DNA from: the human T2T-CHM13v2.0 reference genome, Homo sapiens | Direction: 5' to 3' (one strand) | NCBI RefSeq assembly: GCF_009914755.1 | Contig: NC_060932.1 | Length of the DNA stretch: 64,000 bases | Part shown: one piece after another, positions 31,599 through 46,964 of the stretch | Layout of the letters: each line of letters opens with the position of its first letter | Numbering within the stretch: position 1 is the stretch's first letter | The notes under the pieces: generated by a model | What the model was told of the DNA's origin: nothing | Databases searched by the model: none | What the model saw: the letters and a program-made list of their open reading frames with translations, nothing else | Position numbers and translations under genes: made by a program

Positions 31599-32141
31599 TG
31601 TCATTTCACGTATCAGTAGTCTATTTATTCTTAATACTAAGAAAAATCCATTATAAAATGTAGCTATAATGTTTTTTCAATAAATGGTGTCTTGACCCAG
31701 TTTTGAGGCACTGGCTAGAGGCTGGTCAATTCTTTTTGTTGAACAGCTGATTAAGTCTAAACCTCTGACCACCTTCCTTATTCCAGGCCATTATACATTT
31801 GCCCTAATTGCTCTAGAGTCAGATAACAGAGAGCCAGAGGCAGCCCTTGGACCCCAGAGCCAATTGCAACTGTTCAAACTAGCTAATCCTAAACCTGCTT
31901 ATTCTGCCTTCCCTGTTCCTTCCCTTGGACATCACAATAAAGACTGCTGTCCACAGTTTCCCTCTCTTTCTCTGCCTCCTGAGAGATCCAAAGTGCTTCC
32001 TAAGTGACCCTGAGTGGTATGCTTTTTTCTCCCCAAAGAACTATGTACAAAATAAATTGTGAAACTCTTCCCAAATTCTTTCTCTTAATCTGTATCTGGA
32101 CTCACCATACCTCACCAAAGGTAATATGATAAACTCACTAC
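31599..32141 (+). mobile_element. MER74-like ERVL solo LTR
   Basis: 'gacccagttttgaggcactggctagagg', 'cagctgattaagtc', 'ttcaaactagctaatcctaa', 'cacaataaag'. Confidence 0.75.
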
Positions 32142-32234
32142 AATAATTTATTTATTCATTCATCTGTTGACACATATTTGTTAATTTCAATAGACTATAA
32201 TCATTATAAATACAATATTTGATTAAAAATTCTT

Positions 32235-32537
<303 letters not shown>

Positions 32538-34541
32538 AGAATTATTTGTAGACATACACATTCATTGCTCTTGAATAAATACCTAGGAGTGGAATTAATG
32601 AATTATAAGAAAGCTTTAAACTTAACATTTCAAGTAACTTCCTATTATTCTATCCTACATGGTACCATGTACACTCCAATCAAGAATGTGCAAGTGTTCT
32701 GGTGGTTCCCTATAATCTATAACATTTGATTTATTCAGTGTTTTTAATTTGAGAATTCTGTACTTTATCTAGTGGTATCACAATTTGGTATTTATTTGCA
32801 TTTCCCATAGGACTACTGATGCAGTGTACTTTTTCTTAATTACCTTCAAGCCTTCTTTCCAGTTGTCTTTATATTAATTAGTTGCAGGGATTCTCATATA
32901 TTTTGTATACAAGTTCTTTATCATATATATGTATATGTATTGAGAACATTTTCTTTCAGTCTGTACCTTGCCTATTCATTTTCTTCACAATATCTTTAGA
33001 TAAACAAAGGCTTTCACTTTTAATTAAATTTAATTTATCTTTTTTTAAAAAAATTGTTATGAGCAATTCATGCTTTCTCGACCCTCTCAAGTGACTGTTT
33101 TCACAATTGACTGTCATGGGTATAATACAGTATATTTTATACTGAAATTTTGTTTAGTTTTAGTTATTACTCCTAGATCCATCTAAAATTAATTTTGGTT
33201 ATTGTGCTATATATGGGCCAGAGATTACATTTTTACACAAAGTTATTTCATTCTTCCAGAACATTTATTGAAATCATCTCCCGTATTGAATTGCTCTTGC
33301 TCCTTTGTTCAAAATTCATTGACATTATATGTATGTGTTTACTTGTTAATTTTACTTTATTCAACTGATTTACTTGTGTATATTTCAGTGAATATCACAC
33401 TATCTTAAAAACCGTTTTTTATATAAAATACTATAGTAAAGTAAATTATACCTCCAAATTTTTTTTTATGAGGTTGTTTTGGCTTTCTAGAAAACTTCAT
33501 TTTAGAATAAGCTTGTCCATTTCTTAAAACAAAAACATTCTGCTGAGATTTTTATTGGAATTGCCTTGAACCTATAGATTAATTTGGGGAGGAGTAACAT
33601 GTTAATATCGAAATTTCTAGGCCTTGGAAATACTATACACCTCTATTTACTTAGGTTTTATAAAATTTCTCCCTGGATTTTTATGGTGGTTTTTACCAAA
33701 GTACTGTACTTTTTTAAAAATCAAACAACCTTATCCTTGACATCTCTGCTTAAATGTAAGCTTATCTTTCAAGCCTGTATATACACCACTCTATTAACAA
33801 TTGCAATGCCATTATCCTTTACTCCAGTTACTCTATTCCTGGTGATTCTGTAGTACATACACATATTCTAATAAGCTATAAACTTATAAAAAGGTGAATA
33901 ATCACTGAAGCATGTACTTACCTGAAACCTATAACAAGGTTTTTTTTCTGACTATACATTTTCAGACATTTAATTTGAAACCATCATGTACAGTTTCAAA
34001 AAGGGTGTTAAGTAAATTTGAGACCCAGTATTGTAACTGAGTAAAACAAATTCCTAATACCTAAGTGATTTTTATCTGCATATTTGAACACTTTTAAGAT
34101 CTGTATCCTAGGGAAAAATATTAAAATGCCATGAAATTTCTTCCAGGTTTCAGGTACTCTGCTGTCCAATAGATAATTAAAAATAAAATTACTGTTTACA
34201 TAAACTTATTCTATAATAGAGGATGCTTACAAAAAATAAATGTATTGTCAAATAGCATCTCTGTATTTGTTATAAAAAATATTTTTAAATTTCAAGGCAC
34301 AGCAGAGGAAGCATATTTACATCAGGCTTTGTATAAGAATGTTCATGTTACTATTCTGGATTTATCAGTACGCCACATATATGTTACTTGAATCTATCAG
34401 AATCTATCTTTGTAACTATTTGTGATGTATTTAGCACAGTGGCAAATAGTAAATACCCCCTAAATAATAGACTATTTCAAATTGTTTCACATTTTCATGA
34501 CACACTGTATTTTTGAATATAAAATATGTTGCTATACTTTG

Positions 34542-34893
34542 TGATATGGTTTGGCTCTGTGTCTCCACTCAAATCTCACCTTGAATTGTAATAATCCCCA
34601 CTTGTCAAAGGCAGGGTCAGGTGGAGATAATTGAATCATGGGGGCAGTTTCCCCATACTGTTCTAGTGACAGTGAATGAGTCTCAAGAGATCTGATGGTT
34701 TTATAAATGGAAGTTCTCCTGCACAAGCATTCTTGCCAGCCACCATGTAAGACTTTGCTCCTCATTCACCTTCTGCTATGATTAGGAATCCTCCCAAGCC
34801 ATGTGGAACTGCGAGTCAATTAAACCTCTTTCCTTTCTAAATTACCCAGTCTCTGGTATGTCTTTATTAGCAGTGTGAGAACAAACTAATACA
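34542..34893 (+). mobile_element. THE1D-like solo LTR
   Basis: TGATATGGTTTGGCT...ACTAATACA; perfect 5-bp TSD CTTTG. Confidence 0.93.
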
Positions 34894-35082
34894 CTTTGCA
34901 ATAAATGTTAAATGTGCAAGGGCTTTTGCTCTTTCATATTTCTTTTAAGGACTCTAAGAACTATCTACAGCAATAACAACAAGATTACCATCTAGTGGCA
35001 GTCATGGTAAACTACAGACACATTGTCCCTGCAAACTGGAAAGGCTCTTAGAAATATCAAACTTCGTCATTGTTTATACAAG

Positions 35083-36027
35083 TGATAGGGACAGGTGGCA
35101 GAGAAATTCTAGGCAGAAAAGATCCCTGGCAAAACCCCACCCTCAAGTTGAAAAGCCTGAAACCACAGCCCAAAGTGAGAACTCACATCCCTGTTTTTCT
35201 GCTCCAATGTTGTCTTTTCCTAAACCACCCAGGCTCCTCCCCACCCCATCCTGTGCTTACGAAAACCCCAGACTCAGCTGGTAGATGGAACTAAGGCTAG
35301 ATGTTGGAGAGAAGTGGCTTGACTTCAGAGGGACAGCTTGTTGGCATAACTTTGGAGAAGAATCTGGCCAGAGACAGCCGGACTTCAGTCAAAGATTACC
35401 TACCTGCCCCGTTCCCTTTTCAGCTCCCCTTCCCACTCAGAGTCTCTTTTGCTGGCAGTAAAATCCCCCACATTTACCACTTTTCAATTTGTTTGTGTGA
35501 CCTCATTTTTCCTGAATGCTGGACAAGAACTTGGGAGACATGAAGGTGGATACAAAAGGCTGTCACACTGGCCCTTTGCCCTCACCGACAGACAGCAACC
35601 GCCTCACATGAAAAGGCAAAGAGCCCACTGAGCTGTTAACACTTAAGCTGTCCTTGGATGGCAGAGCTAAAAGAGCCCTGTGACACACCCTCTGGGGCTT
35701 CAGGAGTTGCAGTCACCTCCACCTGGAAGCTGCTGTGAGGGCTGCAAGGAGTTCACTCCTGAGGGCACTAAAGTGTCCAGCCGGTTCCTGCACCCACTCA
35801 CCAGTGTGCTCCCTCCTCTGATGGATGGAACACAGTGGGTCAGAGTGCATGGAGTTTGATCCCACTGGTACCAAAGTGACTGGCTGGTTCCAGTGCTTGT
35901 TCACCTCAGTTCCTGTACTCATTCTCTTGTGTGCTCCTTCCCATGAGCAGTTGAGCATGGCAGGCTGAGTAAACGAGGCAACCCTGTCAGGAGTCACATG
36001 AAGGGGTCAGGGAAATATCCTGCTTCA
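35083..36027 (+). mobile_element. ERV1 solo LTR, LTR27/LTR28-like
   Basis: TGATAGGGACAGG...ATCCTGCTTCA (TG..CA termini); perfect 4-bp TSD CAAG. Confidence 0.85.
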
Positions 36028-36250
36028 CAAGGACTGGATTTGATATACATAATTTAAATCTTTATAAAGATGTTTTAAAGTAGAAACAGCAGGCATCATT
36101 AGTTACTAATGTAGTATAGCACAACCATTCCATTCACAAAGCAGGCACTTCATAGAGGTTTGTCAAAATTATTTTTTAAAATATAAATACATACTGCAAC
36201 ATATTGAAGAAGTAAATAGAAGGTAACATTCTGAAAATAAGTCAGATATC

Positions 36251-36605
<355 letters not shown>

Positions 36606-36619
36606 TTATTAAAGAAAAG

Positions 36620-36845
36620 ATGTACAGGCTTTAGATTTAGCCAGATTTTTAGAAATCTTAGCTCTACCACTTTGTCTTACTGTAGGATCTTAGGCAAGTT
36701 ATTTAACCTGAAGTTACTTAATTCGTTATTTAAACTAAACTTTAATATCATATATTTCTAATTGTAGCAGTGTATGAGGATGGTTTGAGATAATGCATGC
36801 ACTACTTTCACCAGCATGTATCAAGCACTCAATAATGTCATATCT
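36620..36845 (+). mobile_element. MIR
   Basis: 'tcttagctctaccactt', 'tcttaggcaagttatttaacct', 'aagcactcaataatg'. Confidence 0.75.
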
Positions 36846-37918
36846 CTATTATTTATTTAAGACCCTACTGACATACTGATTCTGCAAATAATATAATCAT
36901 AATAATCATTCTAGTATTTACTACACAAATTATTATGAGTATATGTTATCTTCTACCTATAAATCCTTAAGAAAATGATCAAAAGAATGTGATTATTTCA
37001 TTTCAAAATTGTATGTTATTTTTAGTATTTACTATTACTTATTAAATGTTATATCATTTAGGATTTATTTATTCAATAATCCTTACTGCCAAATTTACAT
37101 AAAGACAACCATAACATCATAAAAGCTAATATAATGTTTTTACATAAAAATCAAATGTAGTACATTTTAATTAAATAAAATATTATTAAAGCATAATTTG
37201 ATATCTACCAAGCAGGTACATGTTTACATCATTGCAGTTTACATTTTTACTTAAAGTGTTTGGTTAATTCACAATTTTCAGCTATTCTGTTAGAAAGGTA
37301 AATCTTTTTAGTTTTTCCATTTTTAAAATTTATTTTTATATTTTGAAACCGGTAATAAACTGATATATCTCAACAAGCAATAAAGGATTTGATAAAAACA
37401 TTGAAGGTGATTTCTAGAAATAGAAAACTTATGCTTTCGGTAATAATGTCCATTAAATTTATTATGATTGACTATTACACATTACTGTCAACATGTAATA
37501 TAAATGTGATTGGCATAGGAAGATAGAACTGTCATATCTTCCTGAGCACAGATCTGCATTTTTTGTTTAATTGTGTAGATGTGATTGAAATCATGATTAT
37601 TCTTTCATCAGTAGAGATGTTTTTTCTAAATTATATTCATTATGAACTAGTCTAAGTAAACAATGAGTGTGCCATTACATATCTTATGTTCTCCCTAGAT
37701 TGCTGTTTTTAATATTCACTTCAGGTGGTAGGAAAAAAAAAAAAACTTTCTGATTTTTTAAAAACGAAAAGAGATTAAAAAAGAGAGCGCTATACTACCA
37801 AGTATAATTATGGAAAAAGAAATGCAAAGTTTCAAATCAGAATATACATAGAATTAGAATTAGCAGAAGAGTTCAGAAAATCAGTAAATTTAAAGGCAGT
37901 GATCTCTTAGCTTTTCTT

Positions 37919-38052
37919 TTTTATTTTTAAATTATACTTTAAACTCTGAGGTACATGTGCAGAATATGCAGGTTTGTTACATAGATATACACGTGCCATG
38001 GTGGTTTGCTGCACCCATCAACATGTCATCTACATTAGGTATCTCTCCTAAG
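37919..38052 (-). mobile_element. Very short 5'-truncated L1PA insertion
   Basis: L1PA 3' end 'attatactttaa..gtacatgtgcagaa..gtgccatggtggtttgctgcacccatcaac'; TSD GCTTTTCTT at 37910-37918 and 38053-38061. Confidence 0.9.
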
Positions 38053-38789
38053 GCTTTTCTTAAAGCACCCATTATCCTAGCAACACATTTGTAATAAAAA
38101 AAGCAGTTATTTATCCTAAGAACTACTTTCCAAACCATAGTACTAGGAGGTAAGAGATCGAGTATGGTTCCTGCTACAATATTAATACTAAATTGATCAA
38201 TTCTGATGAACTCTCTTAACCTCTCACTGAATCCCACATATTAGAGATATTCTAAGATATCTGTGAATTATAAGTTTTCTATACGTTATTACATATAAGA
38301 TGTAGTTCTTTCTTTGATTTAATTGGATTCAATTAAAACAATAAAATTCCATGGATACTGTTTCTGTGTGTACATATGAGAAATGCTGGTATGGATGGCA
38401 GCTTTTGCAGATGGCACAATATCCACAACTTAAATCTGGAATCTCCTTTAAACTTTAACCACTTGGGCCTTTGCAATTCCCAATGCAGAGGACATTCAGA
38501 TTAACTCAATCAGATAAATATCAGTTCAATCTAACAGCTTGTGAACAAACTTATTGGGCAATGATCTCGAATATGGATACAGAGTTAGGAGCAATTTATT
38601 TTAGCTTAAGAAGGAAGTAGAGGGAGGAAAAGCCACAGCTAAGAATTTATTTTAATATAGAAAGGTTTTACCTTGTCTCAGTATTTTGTGTTAGGCCAAA
38701 CCTTGTCTTGGCTTCGTAACACGGAATACATTCCTATATTTATTCTTAGTTCATACTTTGATACTCACAGGTTTAAGCCTTTCTCAAAT

Positions 38790-39156
38790 TGCTATGGTTT
38801 GAATGTGTGTATCACTCCAAAATTTTTATGTTGGAACTTAAACTTCAAGGTGATAGTATTAAGACTCGGAGCCTTTGGGAGCTGATTAGACAGAAGGGTT
38901 TCACCCCTCTGGATGGGATTAGTGGCTTTATAAAAGGGCTTAAGGGAGCAAATTAGTCCCTTTTGCCCTCCAACATATGAAGACACAGAAGTAAGCCACA
39001 ATGTGTAAAGCAGAGCACTGTCACTAGACACAGAAGCTGCTGGTGACTTGATCCTGGACTTCCCAGCCACCAGAACTATGAAAAATATATTCTTATTTTT
39101 TATAAATTATCCAGTCTGAGTTACCTTTGTTACAGAGGCAGGAATGAACTAAGACA
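38790..39156 (+). mobile_element. MLT1A/MSTD-like MaLR solo LTR
   Basis: TGCTATGGTTTGAATG...GAACTAAGACA; 'ggacttcccagccaccagaactatga'. Confidence 0.88.
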
Positions 39157-40385
39157 CGTATTTACAACATTTTGAACGTTTTTGAAAACAGAACCTTTAT
39201 TCTGGAAAGCCATACCAATATCTGGGGCACAATTAGTGCTAAATACTAACTGCTTGACTAAATACATTGATAAGTGAATGAATATATTGATTAATACCAG
39301 AATATTGGACAGCGATAATATGAATCTTTAGGAATTTCTTCACTGTTGCAATGCTTTGCATGGAACTGACACATTCAGAATGATGTGAATTTAAAACAGT
39401 GAGATAATGTTATTTATTGTCTATGAACATTTATATATTTAATTACAAAAGTATTTTTTGAGCTACACACACCAACTTCAACATAACTTAGTTATATAGG
39501 GAGACAAAGTAAAGAAGGCATGTGAAGTTTTACGTTAGATGATTTTGATTAATTTCAAGAGCATGTGGACAGGAAGAAATATTAATTGCTATCTATCTTA
39601 TTAGTTTATAAAAATTTTAGGGTAAATATTTGAGTAGCATATCTATTAGAAAACTTGATGTAGGAAATTTGAAATAGCATTCCACTTTTTCTTTTAATAA
39701 ATATTCTCTAATGAGCAGAGGCATTCTGAATAAACTACTTGATTATTCATTTTCAGAAGAAGGCATTCTTGCAACTAAATTGCTAAGGATTGGGAGGTGG
39801 GTAGGTAGACAGACAAGGCTAAACTGAATCTGCTTCTCTTTTCTTATATATTATTTTACATTCTTTTCTTCTGTTTATCCAGACCTGATAATAATTGAGA
39901 TAAACTTAATAGGAAAGATTTAACAAATTGTTTCTCAAGATACGTGGAACAAAGAAAATTTTGAGAGACAAACAAAAAGGTTTGCCTTGTTGAATTTGAG
40001 AAATGCTTATTTGCTTACGGTGTACCATCAGTATCAAGAAGTTGTTCAAAACTCAATAGTGGATGAATTTACTATATACTCCTTCCCCACTTCTCTGACT
40101 GACTTGCAAGGTTCATACCTGAGAAATCTGCTTCTGCAACCATGAAAAGCATAGATGTGACTGAAAGCAGTAAATTATAGGTAGTAATTTTTTAATGAAA
40201 TTTTCAATACACTAAGAATTGTAAAAATTTTCTAAAGAGAAACTAATAATTTTAGTTACTATATAGGAATTTAAACAAGTGTCTTATTAGTGACATTTTA
40301 TAAAGATTCATTGTCTCCATCATTTTACAGCCTCACATTTCATTAGAGAAGCTGCATATTATTATGATGACCCATTGGCTTTTGA

Positions 40386-40671
<286 letters not shown>

Positions 40672-40930
40672 CAGGAGGAAAATTTTTTATTTAAAACTTG
40701 TTTTCTTTGTGAATGTAAATATCTTTATGAATATACATATATGTGTATCACTTTTTCAAAGTTTTGGATATTCCGTCTATTCCTCTTTCTCTTACCTCAA
40801 ATCCCTACAAATGTTACAAATTTGTGCCAGGGCATCATCTAGCTACACCTGTTTAATAAATGTAGTACACAAAGTACAGAGTGCTAGAGGACGCTGACAT
40901 TTTGCTTGGGCTTAATTCGCCAAAAACTGT

Positions 40931-41789
40931 TAATATGGGAGGAGGGCAGGGAAGTGCTAGGAGGAGAAAGTCAGGGTCCCTGGCGAGGGCTCCACCCTCA
41001 GGCCTGTGCCCACGGACCTAGGTGAGGACAGGCACTCCTGTTTTCACGCCCATTTTCCACGTTGCATTTTTCCAAGACCACCCTGACCCGCCATGCCCCC
41101 ATTCTGTGCCTATAAAAACCCCAAGACCCTAGCGGGCACAGACACACGGCTGGATGTCTAGAGGAGCACACCGGCAGAAGAGCACACAGGCAGAAGAGCA
41201 CACAGGCAGCTGGACGTCGAGAGGAGCAGAGGAGTGGAAGAGCACACCGACAGGCACCGGCAGAGGCCAGCAGGCCATCTACTGGCAGAACGACGCGGAC
41301 ATTGAGGCAAATTTGGCCCGGGTGGTCAGAGGAGAGTCTGGCCCCTGAGTGGCCCGACACCAGGGGAAAACCACCTTCCCACTCCGTTCCCCTTCTGGCT
41401 CCCATACATCGGCTGAGAGCTACTTCCACCATTCAATCAAACCTTGCACTCATTCTCCAAGCCCAGGGTTTATCCGATTTTTCCCGTACACCAAGACAAG
41501 AACCTTGGGATACAGAAAGCCCTCTGTCCTTGCGATAAGGCAAAGGGTCTAATTGAGCTTAACAGATAGTGCCTACAGACAGCAAAACTGAAAGAGCACA
41601 CTGTTTAACACATGCCCACTGGGGCTTCAGGAGCTGGAAACATTCACCCCTAGATGCCGCCATGGGATCGGAGCCCACGCACCCCACATCCTGCCAGTCT
41701 GCAGGCTCTCCCTAGCAGGGCACCGAAGAAGTGAGCCTGGCCTCCATTGCACACCCTGCGATGGGGATAAGGGAATTCCTCCCCTTTCA
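40931..41789 (+). mobile_element. LTR1-family ERV1 solo LTR
   Basis: 'gggtccctggcgagggctccaccctc', TATA 'cctataaaaacccc', internal 'agaagagcacac' repeats, end 'cccctttca'; near-TSD ctgt / ctat. Confidence 0.85.
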
Positions 41790-42406
41790 CTATGTGCTGG
41801 AAGTGATGCAAGTTAGCCTGGAAGGAAGGGTGAAGTTTTGTAATTCATGTGTGTTTTTGCTATTTTCACAAAGGTGACTTTGTATATTCAGGAATTAATG
41901 AGTAGTTAATCCTGACAGTAATGGAGAGTTCTAGCTGCATAAATAGTAGAAGTTGTCATAAGGGCGATTTGTTGGAGCTGGGCTATATTGAATACCAAGC
42001 TAATAAAGATCGATTACATTTAAGACCCAGCTTAGACTAGCAAAGCATTTTTTAAAATATTGTGGATCCATTTCCAATAAATTACTGCCTTTTCGAATTA
42101 CTAAAAGTTGTACATTTATATGGAAACCATTATCTTTATCAAACTGTCTAATTGCTAAGCTATAAAGAAATGAGCTTTACCAAGGGCTAGGATCCCAATT
42201 CCCATATACCTGAGCCTTTGAAATATTTATTTGAGTATTTATCTTAAACTATAAATAAGATGTTTCATTAATTTTCAAATTAATGCAGAAGTTTGAAGGA
42301 AAAAGTGTTCCTCTAAACATTTTAAATATATATTTAAATATTTTAAATATATTAAATACAGATCATTTTAAATATGTATTTACTAAAATACATTTATAAA
42401 CATTTA

Positions 42407-42824
42407 TAATAGTTTCCCATTATCTAGGATTTTGCTTTTCTCATTTCTAGTTACCCGTGGTCAACAGTGGTTGGAAAATATTAAATGGAAAATTCCAAAA
42501 ATAAGTTTTAAATTGTGTCCCCTTTTGAGGAAGACAATGCAATCGCATGCTGTCCCACAGTTCCTGCCTGGGATGCAAAACATCCCTTTGTCCAGCATAT
42601 CAAGGTTATATATGCTACCTGCCCACTAGTCGCTCAGAGGTCATCTTGGTCATTTGGAACAATTTGTAAGAATTTGGACAACTGGAAAAAATTTGTTCCA
42701 ATTTGGAACATTTGGAACAATTTGGAAACAAATGTAGTATATATAAGGTTTGTTACTATCCGTGGTTTCAGGAATCCACTGGGAGTCTTTGAACATACCC
42801 CCTACAAATAAGAAGTACCAACTG
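42407..42824 (+). mobile_element. MER44A-like (Tigger) DNA transposon with an internal repetitive insert
   Basis: 'gttacccgtggtcaac..gaaaatattaaatggaaaattcca', 'catccctttgtccagc', 'tactatccgtggtttcaggaatccactggg', ending 'actg'+TA. Confidence 0.85.
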
Positions 42825-43456
42825 TAATAGTTTTTATTTTAATGTGAGTTATGTGTAAGAGATGACTGTTACAATGCAATTCTTAGACCAATGTGAGATA
42901 ACTAGTAGTTAGGGCTACAAAATCAACCTACTAAAATTGAACACAATAAAAATGGTTTCATTGACTTTAGAAACTGACCTGAAATTAAGACAAAGAAAGC
43001 AGCAATGAAGCCATGGAAAACCTCTTTTCTGTCTGATAAAGTAGTAACACAGGATTATGTTGTGTTGGGTCAGTGGCAGCATGCTGATTTATGATCATCA
43101 CAGAGTAAAGGGCAACATGGATGCATTTATACACACTGATACACAGTGATTCTGACTTAGAGCTACCAGATGTTGCTGGCACCTTTTACCATGAGATTTG
43201 GTTCATTTAGTCAAAATGATTAGCACAAAAGTACATGCTAGAATGAATCTACTATCCTGTAAGCAAAGCTGAGGCAATGATGGAGCAAAATAGCTTATCC
43301 ACAGCAAGTCAGCGGGAAGTTTTATTCTGTCACCTCTCTTCATTAATCTGTACACATGACTGCTTGGAGAGACAGCAAGTTGATTAGGTCTGCAGCACCA
43401 TCAGCATGCAGACACTCATCACTACTTCTCATTTTCATATGAACCAGATGGTGTAG

Positions 43457-43805
<349 letters not shown>

Positions 43806-44713
43806 AAGGTTCCTTTTTTAGATATTGACTTTGTGCACTCTTCTGAATATTTAAAGCCAAACTGAATTTACTTCAGTCCTAGTAACAACTTGAAGTAACC
43901 ACATATTGAAAAAATTGCGTATAATAAAAAAGACTGCTAATTTTCCTGTGCCTAAACGAAACTCAGCATGTCAAAAACTCTTAGTTAACTGTTTTCTGCA
44001 ATATTCTAGGGAAGTATAGGTGACATGCATATCCAGTATACAGTTGATAAAATGGAGGCAGCATGTCACATTAAGAAAGCATTAACAAATAAAATTGAAT
44101 TTTATATAAGATCCTACTATTAATCTGAGAAAACAAACCAGTTTTATAAATGAGCATATTAAAGTGAGGAGAATTTAAATTTTGTGACTGAGGTTACACA
44201 CGGTCTGCATTAAACCCTAAAGTTATGTTTCTACTTTACCTTATTGCTCAAAACTTATATTTGTATATCCTAGGCATCAGCTGGAGTACCCTATGCCTTG
44301 AAACACAGCTGTAATCACCTTGAATTCCCTTTATGTGGAAAATCCATTGTTTTCTCTATAAAGTCTGTGAATTCCCAAAGGTAAGGCCACCTCTAAAATG
44401 TGTGCTTCTCAAGACAAATATTTTATATCACATCCTTGTTCACATAAACAACTAAGAATATGTTATAAAATTCACTGGCATATCTGAGGTACAGTGATTT
44501 ATTGATGAAGATTTAGAATAATGGGTAGAAGAGAGATACATTATTATCTATACCAGTGCATGTGAAAATTCTTCATATGGTGCATGCACCATTATTTTTC
44601 CTGTTCATGTCCAGGAAATCCTTTCAGCTTAATTTACTTGCTCTTACTGTAAGAAACAGGGAGCAATACTACTGCTATCACAGTGCCATGACTGTTTAGA
44701 AATCATTTATATT

Positions 44714-45101
<388 letters not shown>

Positions 45102-45399
45102 TAATGGCAGTTACATCATTATTATGATGTTGCGCCATTTATCATGGTGCCTATGAATGTTGAGTTTCAATGACTCTCTAAAAGATTATTACTGTGCTTC
45201 ATTGAAGATGAATATAAATCCAAGAAAATATGAATAATAATTGTTTTCTGGTCATGTTAAAATATTATTCTACCTTTCATAGCACAAAAGTAGAGTCACA
45301 CATCACCCAACCATAACTTCTCTTGAAATCTTTAGGCTATCATTGCGTTTTCTAGAATTTAATCTCTGTTAAAGTTGATGGCATATCAACCTTCCACAT

Positions 45400-46045
45400 A
45401 AAGATAGATGTCAAGCTAAAGGGAAAAGCGATGGGAGAAGCATGAAGAGCAGTTGACTTTTCCTGGCAAGCATAAGATTATCCTAGGATAATAAAGTATC
45501 ACACATCAGTTGGAGCTGAGAAAGCATTGCTTGGAAGGGTCCCTTGGCATTGCAGATCTCTCATAGGAAATAGATTTAGTAACCCATGGACCACCCGAGA
45601 CATGTCATGGACTGGAGGTGAACATCCTGAGTGCTGGTTGTGGGAATTGAGGGTAAAAGACGTCCAACCACTTTGGACTACTATTAGCTGTAATAGACAT
45701 TGCAGTCAGAATACTAACAAGCAAGGGTATAGGTGTACAGTTCAAACCCAAGAGTTAGCTTGTTGGCCCACAGCACTGAATTTTTTTCCTGGAAGATAGG
45801 GACACTAAGATAAATACACCTTGGAGAAATCACTCCCAGTTCCCTAAGAAAAGCATTTCCGGGTGGTAAAATTGGCAGGACTCTGGGATACGACTTGTAT
45901 CTTACAGCAACAGAGGAAAAAACTTATAATTCCAAGTTTTCTAAAGCAAACAATCTAAGAAAAAGGAGAAAAGGTGGCTTTCATCAGGGAAAATTTGTTT
46001 AAAGTTTAGTCAATGTAGGGGAAGTGCTATGGCTGTCTTGGTGAT
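45400..46045. mobile_element. Probable ancient ERVL-type LTR, family not resolved
   Basis: 'acttataattccaagttttctaaagcaaacaatctaagaaaaagga' resembles old ERVL LTRs from memory only. Confidence 0.35.
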
Positions 46046-46359
46046 AGTCCACCATATTTTAGTACCCATTTTTCAGAGATGAACACCCAGCTTGCTTCCA
46101 ACTTTCTACTACCACAAGTAATACTATGTTAAAACATGCACACCCTCCAGTACCGCATGAGGAGTCCTTCAACTTCACATCCCTAATACTTTCCATTACC
46201 CAGCTTGCTATTTTTAAAATGATAGCTTATTATTTTTAAAATTTGTACTTATCTGATTACTAACAATTTTAGCATATTTTGGTGTTTACGTTAGCTTTTT
46301 GTTCTCTCTTCTTTAAATTACTTTTCATACTTGTTCATTTTATCTCCTATTGGGGTAAC

Positions 46360-46812
46360 TGTCAGGCCTCTGAGCCCAAGCCAAGCCATCGCATCCCCTG
46401 TGACTTGCACGTATACGCCCAGATGGCCTGAAGTAACTGAAGAATCACAAAAGAAGTGAATATGACCTGCCCCACCTTAACTGATGACATTCCACCACAA
46501 AAGAAGTGTAAATGGCCATTCCTTGCCTCAAGAGATGACATTACCTTGGGAAAGTCCTTTTCCTGGCTCATCCTGGCTCAAAAAGCACCCCCACTGAGCA
46601 CCTTGCGACCCCCACTCCTGCCCGCCAGAGAACAAACCCCCTTTGACTGTAACTTTCCTTTACCTACCCAAATCCTATAAAACGGCCCCACCCCTATCTC
46701 CCTTTGCTGACTCTCTTTTCGGACTCAGCCCACCTGCACCCAGGTGAAATAAACAGCTTTATTGCTCACACAAAGCCTGTTTGGTGGTCTCTTCACACGG
46801 ACGTGCATGAAA
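46360..46812 (+). promoter_or_regulatory. 5' LTR7 (LTR7up-like): promoter/enhancer
   Basis: Starts TGTCAGGCCTCTGAGCCCAAG; about 50-bp U3 tandem repeat with CACAAAAGAAG at 46446 and 46496; TATAAAA at 46676-46682; AATAAA in R. Confidence 0.93.
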
Positions 46813-46814
46813 TT

Positions 46815-46832
46815 TGGTGCCGTGACTCGGAT
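46815..46832 (+). other. Primer-binding site for tRNA-His
   Basis: TGGTGCCGTGACTCGGAT, 18-nt complement of the tRNA-His 3' end, 2 nt after the 5' LTR. Confidence 0.97.
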
Positions 46833-46955
46833 CGGGGGACCTCCCTTGGGAGATCAATCCCCTGTCCTCCTGTTCTTTGCTCCATGAGAAAGATGAACCT
46901 ACGACCTCAGGTCCACAGACCGACCAGCCCAAAGAACATCTCACCAATTTTAAAT

Positions 46956-46964
46956 CAGGTAAGC
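46956..46964 (+). promoter_or_regulatory. HERV-H leader splice donor
   Basis: CAG|GTAAGC about 150 nt downstream of the 5' LTR, the usual position of the HERV-H major donor. Confidence 0.75.

Noticed and set aside
40998-41552. GC-rich segment with overlapping ORFs resembling a CpG-island exon
   Set aside because: Falls entirely within the LTR1 solo LTR.
42300-42410. AT-rich quasi-palindromic stretch
   Set aside because: Self-complementarity is expected from near-pure A/T content; no long perfect stem.
46815-46832. tRNA-His similarity
   Set aside because: Only the 18-nt retroviral primer-binding site, not a tRNA gene.
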